DNA of 64,000 bases from assembly GCA_963804995.1 (NCBI GenBank), contig CAWDSK010000006.1, positions 1,760,001 through 1,824,000 on the forward strand. The letters are read 5' to 3'. Below are positions 42,025 to 51,220 of the stretch, one piece after another (the stretch's first letter is position 1; the number at the start of each line of letters is the position of its first letter). This DNA comes from an uncultured Acidobacteriota bacterium (GTDB lineage Bacteria; Acidobacteriota; Terriglobia; UBA7540). The notes under the pieces were generated by a model, which had not been told where the DNA came from, ran no database searches, and worked only from the letters and a program-made list of their open reading frames with translations. The translations under genes and the position numbers were made by a program.

Positions 42025-43242
42025 ATGACAAACCGCGTTCGCGCCATACTTATCACTGTGTCCCTGATCCTCATCTTCTACATCGTGGTAGGAGGGCTGC
42101 TGGGAAAAAACGAGAACGGCACCGAACAAACCTACCGCGACCTGGGCGTGTACAGCGAGGTCCTGAATCGCATCAAGCAGGAATACGTGACGGAGCCGGA
42201 TCTGAACAAGGTCACGGACGGGGCCATCCGGGGACTCCTGGAATCGCTGGACCCTTACAGCACCTATCTGACCCCGCAACAATATCAGGACTACTTGCAG
42301 CACCCCGACCCGGGACCAGCGGATGTTGGAGTTTTTGTCTCGAAGCGGATGGGATATGCCACGGTGATTGCGGTGCTTCCAGGGAGCCCGGCGGAGAAAG
42401 CCGGCGTCAAGCCGGGTGATCTGCTTGATAAAGTCGATAACACACCGGCTCGCGAGCTCTCCGTCCTGCAAATCGAACGGCAGTTAGCAGGACAGCCCAA
42501 TACCAACGTTAGTGTCACGGTAGTCCGCGAAGCCCGCGGCGATCCGCAAACTATCACCATCACCCGCGCCGTTCTGAACTACCCTCCCGTCATATCCAAG
42601 ATGATTGAAGACGGGACAGGCTACTTGCGCGTGGCGACCTTCAACAAAGGCAAGGCCCAGGAGATTTCCGACAAAATCAAGGAGCTCACCTCCCAGGGCG
42701 CCCACAAGATTGTTCTGGACCTGCGCAACTGTGCGGGAGGAGATGTGCAGGAGGCCGTAGACACCGCCAGCCTTTTCATCGATAAGGGTCTGGTCACTTA
42801 CATTGCGGGCCAGCGCTTTCCTCGCCAGAACCTGGAAGTCCACCCTACCGGTCCAGTTTGCCATCTTCCACTCGCGTTGCTGATCAACCAGTCCAGCGCC
42901 GGGCCTTCCGAATTGGTGGCCTCCGCGATTTTGGGTAACAAACGCGGCGAAGTGGTGGGAGTGCGCAGTTTTGGCATCGGTGTTTATCAGAAACCCGTTC
43001 CCGTGGGCGATGGCTCTGCCCTGTTGCTATCTGTAGCCAAGTACTACGGGCCGGACGGCAAAACCATCAACGAGAACGGCGTCACCCCCAGTGTGGTCCA
43101 GGCGGCCGCCAGCGAACCTGAAAACGCGGACGAAGAAAATCAGCCCGAGGAGCCGGAGCACTTCGGTGGCAAGGATGACTTGCAGCTCCGCAAGGCAATC
43201 GAGATTCTCAACACGTCGATAACAGCCACCAAGGCCGCTTGA
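42025..43242 (+). CDS. S41 C-terminal peptidase homolog with PDZ domain (catalytic residues substituted)
   Basis: LDPYSTYL, PDZ (GSPAEKAG), LDLRN.GG; SSAGPSE and SFGIG in place of SASASE and TFGKG. Confidence 0.88.
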   Translation: MTNRVRAILITVSLILIFYIVVGGLLGKNENGTEQTYRDLGVYSEVLNRIKQEYVTEPDLNKVTDGAIRGLLESLDPYSTYLTPQQYQDYLQHPDPGPADVGVFVSKRMGYATVIAVLPGSPAEKAGVKPGDLLDKVDNTPARELSVLQIERQLAGQPNTNVSVTVVREARGDPQTITITRAVLNYPPVISKMIEDGTGYLRVATFNKGKAQEISDKIKELTSQGAHKIVLDLRNCAGGDVQEAVDTASLFIDKGLVTYIAGQRFPRQNLEVHPTGPVCHLPLALLINQSSAGPSELVASAILGNKRGEVVGVRSFGIGVYQKPVPVGDGSALLLSVAKYYGPDGKTINENGVTPSVVQAAASEPENADEENQPEEPEHFGGKDDLQLRKAIEILNTSITATKAA

Positions 43243-43286
43243 TCGATTCGTCATCCGCTGCGCAGGAGCGGGGGCAATTCCGACAT

Positions 43287-43512
43287 CTAGTGTCGTGAGT
43301 CAGAAATTCGTTGATGATTCGAGAACCCCCTCACCCCCGGCCCCCTCCCCCAAAGGGGCGAGGGGGGAGTTTATTTGAGTTTACTGCCCTCGCCCCCTTG
43401 GGGAGAGGGTGGCCCGCCGCCAGCGTTTTCATCAGCCGGGGCGGGACGGGTGAGGGGGTCGCCCTGCAACCCAGTGAGACTTTGTCAGCGAACTTCTGAC
43501 TCAGGACACTAG
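43287..43512. mobile_element. CTAG-bounded MITE type 2 with family A REP doublet
   Basis: TIR CTAGTGTCGTGAGTCAGAAATTCGTTGA / TCAGCGAACTTCTGACTCAGGACACTAG. Confidence 0.8.
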
Positions 43513-43642
43513 GAGCCTGCGTCTTGCCTTTCTGGTCCCGTAGGAGGCGTAAGGCCTCACGCGCCGCGGCGTCCTTGCTGCTGCTTCTCTCTCGATTCTG
43601 GCCCTGGCTACAGGCGCCTGCCAATGGTTTCACCCCCCACCT

Positions 43643-44662
43643 TTGAAAGAGTCGGAACGCCGCAAGCTGGCGGAGCATTTCAGGGACTTGGTTGCCGGCA
43701 CCGGGGGCCCCGAGGTCTGGATCAAGCGCCCGGCCGGTCCCCGTCATGGGACAAGGGCTGAGGCGCCCCTCGAAGCCGTGGCAACTCCGGACGCCTACCG
43801 CGCCGTGCTGTCGGCTGTCCAACTTGAATGTGCAAAGGACGAGTTACAGCTTGGCGGGTCTCAGACTTCCACCGGTGGCCTCCATACGATCGGTCTGGAC
43901 GTTACCCGGCGTGGGCAGCCTATCTGCCGAATCAATCTGCGCGAGGTGCCGCGCCTGCTGCGTGCCGCCATCGTGATCGACGACCTGGGTCAGGACCTGG
44001 AGGCGGCGCACAAGCTCCTGGCCTTGCCCTACCCGTTCACTTTTTCAGTCCTTCCCCATCTGCGCTATTCGGGGACAACCGCCGAGGAAGCGCATCGCCG
44101 GGGACGCGAGGTGATGTTGCACTTGCCCATGGAAGCCCAACCGGGCGCCCATCCCTCGCCGGGTCAAGGGGACATCCACACGGGCATGAGCGCTGCGGAA
44201 GTCCAAGCGGCAGTCCAGAATGATTTGGCGACGGTTCCGTTTGCGGCAGGTGTCAACAACCACATGGGCTCCCAAGCCACGAAAAGCGTGGTATTGATGG
44301 CTGAGGTCATGAAGGTCCTGGCGGAACACCAACTCTACTTTATTGACAGCCGAACCACCGCCAATAGCGTGGCGCTCGATGTAGCGCGCCAGCAGGGACT
44401 CCCGGCCTTCTATCGCGCGGTTTTTCTGGATGACACGGAAACCGTTCCCTACACCTTGGGACAGTTGCGGGAGTTCCGCCGGGTCGTGGAAGACCAAGGG
44501 GCGGCATTGGCCATCGGGCACCCGCACGCGACGACCATTGCGGCCCTGGCAAAGTTCCTGCCGGAACTCGATCCCGCCGATATTGAGATCGTCAAGGCTT
44601 CTGAGCTAGTCCACCTGCCGGAGGTCGCCCGCCTGCACCCCCGGGCCAAGCCGGGGACGTGA
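43643..44662 (+). CDS. Divergent polysaccharide deacetylase (YibQ-like); real start probably ~43524 through a frameshift
   Basis: IVIDDLG, MLHLPME, NNHMGS, FIDSRT, VFLD and AIGHP; lipobox-like LATGAC in frame upstream. Confidence 0.88.
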   Translation: MKESERRKLAEHFRDLVAGTGGPEVWIKRPAGPRHGTRAEAPLEAVATPDAYRAVLSAVQLECAKDELQLGGSQTSTGGLHTIGLDVTRRGQPICRINLREVPRLLRAAIVIDDLGQDLEAAHKLLALPYPFTFSVLPHLRYSGTTAEEAHRRGREVMLHLPMEAQPGAHPSPGQGDIHTGMSAAEVQAAVQNDLATVPFAAGVNNHMGSQATKSVVLMAEVMKVLAEHQLYFIDSRTTANSVALDVARQQGLPAFYRAVFLDDTETVPYTLGQLREFRRVVEDQGAALAIGHPHATTIAALAKFLPELDPADIEIVKASELVHLPEVARLHPRAKPGT

Positions 44663-44681
44663 GGAGTTTGATTTGAATATA

Positions 44682-44762
44682 TAGCCCTCGCCCCCTTGGG
44701 GGAGAGGGTGGCCCGCCGCCGGCGTTTTCATCAGCCGGGGCGGGACGGGTGAGGGGGTCAAA
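44682..44762. repeat. Family A half-element, left flank of the DUF559 gene
   Basis: 77/81 identical to the reverse complement of 45233-45313. Confidence 0.92.
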
Positions 44763-44788
44763 CGCCTGCGCCAGTACTTCGCCGCAGC

Positions 44789-45205
44789 TCACGACTCATC
44801 GGCAAAGGCATCGGGTAGCGACCGGACTATTTTCAGTACGTTCTCCACGAACAATTCGGGCGCCTTAAGAACCATTCCGTTTGGAAATCGTGTCACAACG
44901 TATCCCAGGTCTTTGAGTAGCGCGTCCCGGCGTGTGTCCCGTTTGGCCTGACTCGGCTGCCCGTGCACGCTGCCGTCCAGTTCCACAACCAGTCGCCGCC
45001 GCGGGCAGCAAAAATCGACGATGTATTGGCCGACGGGGTGCTGCCGACGAAATCTAACACCCTTGAATCTGAGAGTACGTAATAAATACCAGGCGATTAT
45101 TTCTGACTCAGTCTTGTCTTGGCGAAGGGTGCGCGCCCTGGCAATTGGTTCTGCGCCACGTGCAAGTGAACGTCGCTTGCGGCGGGGCGGGGCGCGTTTG
45201 GTCAT
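44789..45205 (-). CDS. DUF559 / Vsr-like endonuclease domain protein
   Basis: ARTLRQ..TESE, FRRQHPVGQYIVDF, VVELDGSVH and RD..L..LGY.V.RF.N; AAGGAG RBS. Confidence 0.9.
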   Translation of the reverse strand: MTKRAPPRRKRRSLARGAEPIARARTLRQDKTESEIIAWYLLRTLRFKGVRFRRQHPVGQYIVDFCCPRRRLVVELDGSVHGQPSQAKRDTRRDALLKDLGYVVTRFPNGMVLKAPELFVENVLKIVRSLPDAFADES

Positions 45206-45232
45206 GTTCACCGTCTCCTTCTCCTTCACAAT

Positions 45233-45313
45233 TTTGACCCCCTCACCCGTCCCGCCCCGGCTGGTGAAAACGCCGGTTGCGGTCCACCCTCTCCCCCAAG
45301 GGGGCGAGGGCTA
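45233..45313. repeat. Family A half-element, right flank of the DUF559 gene
   Basis: Inverse partner of 44682-44762. Confidence 0.92.
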
Positions 45314-45415
45314 GGATCCTTCCGTTTTGAGACTCGGCCATGGCTAAATTGGGCACCAATATACTTGACTCATCCACTGGGTTTTGGTATAGTTTTGCTT
45401 GTGAGGAGCGAAACC

Positions 45416-46384
45416 ATGCGCGAACCCCGTACCCTGCAAGAAGCCATTATCTATTTTTCGAACCCTGACAATTCCCGCGCCTACCTTGTGGCGAAGCGCT
45501 GGCCCCAGGGCGTCATCTGCCCAACCTGCGGGTCGGAAAAGGTCAAATTCAATCCGGCTCGCGGCGTCTGGCAATGCCCCCGCCATCATGCCCGGCGGCA
45601 ATTCTCCGTCAAGGTGGGCACCCTGTTTGAGGATAGCGCCATCGGCCTGGATAAGTGGCTCACGGCGGTGTGGATGCTCACCAACTGCAAGAACGGTATC
45701 AGTTCCTATGAAGTAGCCCGCGACCTGGGGGTCACGCAAAAGACCGCCTGGTTCATGCTGCACCGCATCCGGCTGGCCTTGCAGGACGAGGGCGGCGGCA
45801 AGTTGGGAGGAGAAGTTGAGGTTGACGAAACCTTTATCGGCGGCCTCTCCCGCAACATGCACATCGGTAAGCGGCGGGAGAAAATCCAGGGCACGGGCGG
45901 GCGCGATAAAATTGCGGTCCTGGGAATTCTGAAACGGCGAGGCAAAGTTCGCACTTCGGTCGTTCCCGATGTGACCCTCAAAACTCTTCGCGGCAGCGTT
46001 GTCGAAAACGTTTCGGCGGGCTCGCAGGTTTTCACGGACGCTTGGATTGGTTACCACGGGTTGGATTCCGAATATGTTCATAGCGTTATTGACCATGCCC
46101 AAGCCTATGCCGTGGAAAACGTCCACACCAACGGCCTCGAAAACTACTGGAGCCTTTTGCAGCGCACCCTCCAAGGGACCTACGTTAGCGTCGAACCGTT
46201 CCATTTGTTTCGTTACCTTGACGAGCAAGCCTTCCGTTACAACCAGCGCGAAGGACTTGATGATCGTGGCCGCTTCGATGCGGCGGTTTCCAGGATCATC
46301 GGTAAGCGCCTCACCTGGAATCGCCTCGCCGGAAAGACGCAAGCTCGTCCAACCTGTTCTAACGCACAAGGCAAGGCAACGTGA
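45416..46384 (+). CDS. IS1595-family transposase
   Basis: RWPQGVICPTCG zinc ribbon, VEVDETFIGG, FTD, HTNGLENYWS and YLDEQAFRYN motifs. Confidence 0.95.
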   Translation: MREPRTLQEAIIYFSNPDNSRAYLVAKRWPQGVICPTCGSEKVKFNPARGVWQCPRHHARRQFSVKVGTLFEDSAIGLDKWLTAVWMLTNCKNGISSYEVARDLGVTQKTAWFMLHRIRLALQDEGGGKLGGEVEVDETFIGGLSRNMHIGKRREKIQGTGGRDKIAVLGILKRRGKVRTSVVPDVTLKTLRGSVVENVSAGSQVFTDAWIGYHGLDSEYVHSVIDHAQAYAVENVHTNGLENYWSLLQRTLQGTYVSVEPFHLFRYLDEQAFRYNQREGLDDRGRFDAAVSRIIGKRLTWNRLAGKTQARPTCSNAQGKAT

Positions 46385-46401
46385 GCGCCGGGGGAAGCGG
46401 G

Positions 46402-46548
46402 TCAAGCCTTCGCCCGCTTCTTCCGCTGGCGTTGCTTCTTCCACTCCGCTTTCCTTCGCTGTAACTCCTCCCGCGGGACGGAGAAAATCTTGCTGATTGC
46501 AGCGTCGAAATTCTGGAATTCTGAGGTTTTTATCCCCTTCTGGCTCAT
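46402..46548 (-). CDS. Small basic passenger protein inside IS1595
   Basis: MSQKGIKTSEFQNFDAAISKIFSVPREELQRRKAEWKKQRQRKKRAKA, convergent to the transposase. Confidence 0.5.
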   Translation of the reverse strand: MSQKGIKTSEFQNFDAAISKIFSVPREELQRRKAEWKKQRQRKKRAKA

Positions 46549-46726
46549 AAACATTAAATGCCTCAGTCCGTGACAATACCTTATCCACTCAACATCGTAC
46601 ACCTCCAACCCGTTCATCTCGCACCTTTCGAATGGATGAGTCAAGTAAGTTGGTGCCCTAAATTGGACAGGCTTGGCTTAGAAAAGGCGCGGCAAGGTTC
46701 ACTGGAATGGGATCGTACGTGAACGG

Positions 46727-47373
46727 CTACTTTGCGGCAGGGATAACCATGGTGACGTTGCGGTCCAGGCGCATACCCACTAGCGAGCCGGCGGCCAAGG
46801 CAGCCTGTTTGCCTTTGGGGATCAGGACGGCAGACATTACGCCGGCAGCTCCCAAAGCGATCGCGGTGCCCGGTCCCGCGGCGGCTCCCAGGGCAGCGGG
46901 GACTGCGGCCATAACGACTTGCTCTTTACGATTGGGGCCCTTGCCCTTAAGTTCACCTTCCGGGCCCACGTTGGGATCGCTCCCGGTTTCGCTCAGAAAA
47001 CCTCTGTTAATGACCCGATGATGGCAACCTTCTGTCCATTCGGCAGCTCCACGGTGTCGAAAACGATGGTGAGAAAACCACCCTTGCCTTTTCTCGCCGC
47101 TGCCCTGACCTCGCCCACGTGGCCATCCACTCGCACGCCCTTGGAGAGCACATCCTGGTCCTCCACTGCCACCGGGTCGATTAAGGTGGTTAGAATGCGA
47201 TCGCCCACTTTTGAGCTTTTGGAATTAAGGGTGGTGTGCAACTGAAGCTTGAACTCCGTGCCCTCCGGGATGGTGATTTCGTCTACATTTGCTGTTTCTT
47301 GCGCGACCAATGGTAACGCCATGCCCAGAACCATTGAGCACGCCGTCAGCATCGCCAGGATTTTCAACTTCAT
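46727..47373 (-). CDS. Secreted beta-rich protein (TrbI/VirB10-like), frameshifted near 46995
   Basis: Signal peptide, TIPEGT..L..LNSK.SKVGD; glycine-zipper-like C-terminal part in the next frame. Confidence 0.65.
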
Positions 47374-47737
47374 TACGATGTCCCCCAAGCGTAGACTGGC
47401 CACCATCCGGTGACGAGCCCTCAAGCCAATCTATGATTTCACCACTAAACAGCTAACACAGTCAAAGGTAAAATCAAGACCCAAAGGTCCATGCTCTCTT
47501 CGATGCAGATGCCGCTCCGGGGTTGGATGGGTTTAGAACACGGGATACGGGGCACGGGAAACGGGATACGAGAATCGCTTGGGACTTGGTGTTAAAGGCC
47601 ATGGATTAGGGCTTCGGAATTAGGGGTTCGGGCGAAAAACCCGATTTCATGATTTAGATAGCCCCACCATTGTAAGACCGGAAATCGCACACGAAACGCG
47701 TGTCCCGTATCCCGTTTCCCGTACCCCGTATCCCGGG

Positions 47738-48400
47738 TTATTCCCGCGTTTCCGCGTGGTGGCGGACGTCCACACCCTGCACCAGAAACAGGACGTCCTC
47801 AGCGATATTGGTCGCGTGGTCGGCAAGGCGTTCCAGGTTGCGCGCCACGAAGATCAGATTGATCCCCTGGCGGATGGTCTTGGGGTCGCGCTCCATGTAG
47901 CCAATCAACTCCTCGTAGATGGAGCCACATAACTCGTCCACTTCGTCGTCAGAGACCAGCACATTGCGGGCGAGATCCGGATCCCTCTTCACGAAAGCGT
48001 CCAGGCTCTTGCGGATCATGGCCTGGGTACGCTCTGCCATCAGCGGGATATCCACCAGGGGTTTCAGCAGTGGCTCGCCAATCAGCGAAAGGGAGCGCTC
48101 TACAATGTTGACGGCCAGGTCTCCCATACGCTCCAGGTCATTGTTGATCTTGATCGCCGAGGTAAGAAATCGCAGATCGGTGGCCATGGGTTGTTGCAGG
48201 GCCAGGAGCTGCGTGGCCAGATCGTCGATCTCGATCTCCATGCGGTTGATCTCCGCTTCGTTGAGAAGAACCTTCTGCGCCTGCTGCGGATCTTTCTCAG
48301 TAAGGGAGAGCACACTTCTGTACACGGAGTCTTCCACCAACCCGCTCATCACCAGCAGGCGGCTGCGCAAATAGTCCAGTTCCTCAACAAAGTGGCGCAA
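47738..48400 (-). CDS. phoU: Phosphate signalling protein PhoU
   Basis: QPMATDLR, DLERMGD and LERLADHATNIAE motifs. Confidence 0.95.
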   Translation of the reverse strand: MRHFVEELDYLRSRLLVMSGLVEDSVYRSVLSLTEKDPQQAQKVLLNEAEINRMEIEIDDLATQLLALQQPMATDLRFLTSAIKINNDLERMGDLAVNIVERSLSLIGEPLLKPLVDIPLMAERTQAMIRKSLDAFVKRDPDLARNVLVSDDEVDELCGSIYEELIGYMERDPKTIRQGINLIFVARNLERLADHATNIAEDVLFLVQGVDVRHHAETRE

Positions 48401-48434
48401 AGGTCAGTTCCCCTTTCATCCCCCGCACTTCATT

Positions 48435-49250
48435 CTAGCCGAACCTGCCCGTGATGTAATCTTCCGTTTCCTTACGGGCGGGAGTTTTGAAGATGATCGC
48501 GGTCTTGTTGAACTCGATCAACTTCCCCATCAGGAAGAAACCGGTAACATCCGCAACCCGCGCGGCCTGCTGCATGTTGTGCGTGACAATGACCATGGTG
48601 CAGAGATCTTTCAAATTGAACAGCAGATCCTCGATTTTGGCGGTGGCAATCGGATCCAGCGCCGAGCAAGGCTCATCAAGCAGCAGCACCTCCGGCTCGA
48701 CAGCCAGCGCCCGCGCGATGCAGAGGCGCTGTTGCTGGCCTCCCGAAAGCGCATAGGCGGACTTGTGCAGTTGATCTTTGACTTCATCCCAGAGCGCGGC
48801 GCGCCGCAAGCTTTTCTCCACCGCTTCCTTCAACCCACCGCGGGTGGCCATTCCGTTGATGCGCAAGCCGTAGGCGATGTTGTCGAAAATCGACTTGGGA
48901 AAAGGATTGGGCTTCTGGAAAACCATTCCGACCCTGCGCCGCAGGCTTACCACATCCATCGAGAAAATATCCTCGCCATCGAGGAGCACTTCCCCCTCGG
49001 GGCGCGCGTGGGGAACCGTCTCGTACATGCGGTTCAGGATTCTCAGGAAGGTGGTCTTGCCGCACCCCGACGGCCCGATGAGCGCCGTGATGCGTCCGGA
49101 GGGTACCGTCAAGCCGATGGTATGCAAGGCTTGCTTGCCCCCGTAATAGAAATCCAACCCGGTGGAGCGCATCTTGACGTCGCTCGGCCAGGCCGGCGTT
49201 ACTGCCCCTTCACGCTCTGTGGGACGAGTTTCTTCAGTCATCTTCACCAT
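48435..49250 (-). CDS. pstB: Phosphate ABC ATPase
   Basis: [24 protein letters not shown] and YITGRFG motifs. Confidence 0.96.
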   Translation of the reverse strand: MVKMTEETRPTEREGAVTPAWPSDVKMRSTGLDFYYGGKQALHTIGLTVPSGRITALIGPSGCGKTTFLRILNRMYETVPHARPEGEVLLDGEDIFSMDVVSLRRRVGMVFQKPNPFPKSIFDNIAYGLRINGMATRGGLKEAVEKSLRRAALWDEVKDQLHKSAYALSGGQQQRLCIARALAVEPEVLLLDEPCSALDPIATAKIEDLLFNLKDLCTMVIVTHNMQQAARVADVTGFFLMGKLIEFNKTAIIFKTPARKETEDYITGRFG

Positions 49251-49311
49251 AGTTGAAACACTCGATGCAGAATTCACGTTTCACACCTATCAAGTCGTGG
49301 GGCCGATTGCT

Positions 49312-49379
49312 GTAGCGGCGGTCTCTGACCGCCGACTTTTCATTCAACAAATTCCGGCGGTCAGAGACCGCCGCTACAG
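49312..49379. repeat. GTAG-type REP doublet within the pst operon
   Basis: GTAGCGGCGGTCTCTGACCGCCG with perfect inverse copy. Confidence 0.8.
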
Positions 49380-49393
49380 CGAGCCACTGAGAC

Positions 49394-50239
49394 CTATGTA
49401 CGAGCCACCCCTCGGGAAACCATCATACGAGCCCCGATGTTGGCCAGCAAAACAAACCCCAGCAGGACCAGACCGGCCGCCCAGGCTTGCCGGTGCCAAT
49501 CGTCGTAAGGAGAAATCGCGTAAGTGTAGATCATCACCGGCAGGGATGCTATGGGTTGATTCCAGCCGGAACTCCAGAAGCGATTGCTGAACGCGGTAAA
49601 GAGCAGGGGCGCGGTCTCCCCGGCCACGCGCGCCACGGTAAGCATAATGCCCGTAACAATTCCGCGAACCGCCGCGGGCATGACCACCGTCGCCACCATC
49701 TTCCACTTGCTCGTTCCCAATGCCAGGGCGCCCTCTCTCAGCATGCGCGGGACACCCAGCAACGATTCCTCCGTGGTGCGCACGCCGATGGGAATCATAA
49801 TCACGCCCAGCGCCATGCCGCCCGCCAGCGCCGAAAAGTGCTTCATGGGCAGCACGATGACCGTATACGCAAAAATTCCCATAACAATCGAGGGCACGCC
49901 GTTCAGCAAGTCCGTGGTATAGCGCACGAAGAATGAGAACGTCTGCCCCCCGAATTCTGCCAGGTAAACTCCCCCCAGAATCCCGATCGGGATACCCAGC
50001 ATGGAAGCCAGGAGGATAAGCTTGCCACTGCCCACGATGGCATTGGCCATCCCGCCGCCAATTTCGCCCACCGGCTTGGGCAGTTCGGTAAAGAATGCCC
50101 AATTCAGCGACTTACCTCCGTACCACAACAGATAACCCAGAATGAAGAAGAGGACAGAAACCGTGAACAAGGCGCAGACACCGGTGAGGCTGAGCATGAC
50201 GAAATTCAAGGATTTGCGCCAAATGCTACGAAAATTCAT
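49394..50239 (-). CDS. pstA: Phosphate ABC permease
   Basis: GGMANAIVGS, GVPSIV and ARVAGETAPL motifs. Confidence 0.95.
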   Translation of the reverse strand: MNFRSIWRKSLNFVMLSLTGVCALFTVSVLFFILGYLLWYGGKSLNWAFFTELPKPVGEIGGGMANAIVGSGKLILLASMLGIPIGILGGVYLAEFGGQTFSFFVRYTTDLLNGVPSIVMGIFAYTVIVLPMKHFSALAGGMALGVIMIPIGVRTTEESLLGVPRMLREGALALGTSKWKMVATVVMPAAVRGIVTGIMLTVARVAGETAPLLFTAFSNRFWSSGWNQPIASLPVMIYTYAISPYDDWHRQAWAAGLVLLGFVLLANIGARMMVSRGVART

Positions 50240-51219
50240 CCGCGTGCCGACCCTTTCTGCGTGGTCGCTATGATCACCAGTCGCCCCAGGCCGTTGAGCA
50301 AAATGGTCAGCAGGAAAAGAACCAGCCCCAACTCAATCAAAGCTTGCAGATACAAATCACCCGTCGCCTCGGTAAATTCGTTGGCGATGACCGCGGCAAT
50401 CGAATAGCCCGGGGCAAAGAGCGAGGCATTGATCTTGGGATCATTCCCGATCACCATGGTCACCGCCATGGTCTCCCCCAGGGCGCGCGCCAAGGCCAGG
50501 AAAACCGAGGCGAAAATTCCCACCTTCGCAAAGGGCACCACGATCTGCCAGGTGGATTCCCACTTGGTGGCTCCCAGCCCCAAAGCCGCTTCGCGTTGCT
50601 CCACCGGCACGGCCAGTAACACTTCCCGCGAGACGGAGATGATAAAGGGAACAATCATGATGGCCAGAACCACTCCCGCCGCCAGCATGCTGACCCCGTA
50701 AATGGGCCCCTTGAAGAGAGGGAGAAATCCCAACGTGTGCTTGAGGAAAGGCATCACCGGTTTACGTAATATTGGAATCAGAACGAAAAATCCCAAGAGA
50801 CCATAGATGACACTGGGCACGGCGGCCAGCAACTCAATCACGAACGTCGTAATGCTGGAAATGCGCGGCGGCGCCAGCTCGGAAAGGAAGACGGCGGCGC
50901 CCACACCCAGGGGCACAGCAATCAGGAGTGCCAAAGCCGAAGAAACCACGGTGCCGTAAATAAAAGGTAAAGCACCGAAATCCCCGCTGACCGGGTCCCA
51001 GGTCTTGGTCACGAAGAATTCCAAACCAAATTTGTGGCGGGGCAGTGCGGAATTGATAAAGAGCTGGTAAACCAGCATGAGGGTGACCACGATAATGCTG
51101 GTAGCCGCGAGCAAGGTGATGAGGTGCGCCGCCTCATCCCCGCGCCGCAGGCGCCGGACAAAGTCCCGCGCGCGCCGTTTAAAGCGCGCGCGGTCATCGG
51201 TATTCACAGCATTCGTCAC
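50236..51219 (-). CDS. pstC: Phosphate ABC permease
   Basis: WDP..FGALP, AAVPSVIYGL and RALGETMAV motifs. Confidence 0.95.
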   Translation of the reverse strand: MTNAVNTDDRARFKRRARDFVRRLRRGDEAAHLITLLAATSIIVVTLMLVYQLFINSALPRHKFGLEFFVTKTWDPVSGDFGALPFIYGTVVSSALALLIAVPLGVGAAVFLSELAPPRISSITTFVIELLAAVPSVIYGLLGFFVLIPILRKPVMPFLKHTLGFLPLFKGPIYGVSMLAAGVVLAIMIVPFIISVSREVLLAVPVEQREAALGLGATKWESTWQIVVPFAKVGIFASVFLALARALGETMAVTMVIGNDPKINASLFAPGYSIAAVIANEFTEATGDLYLQALIELGLVLFLLTILLNGLGRLVIIATTQKGSARG

Positions 51220-51220
51220 G

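Larger units (their letters stand above)
45352..46657 (+). mobile_element. IS1595-family insertion sequence
   Basis: TIRs GGCACCAA..TACTTGACTCATCCA; 8-bp TSD CTAAATTG at 45344-45351 and 46658-46665. Confidence 0.93.

Noticed and set aside
45344..46588. 414-aa minus-strand ORF
   Set aside because: Antisense to the IS1595 transposase
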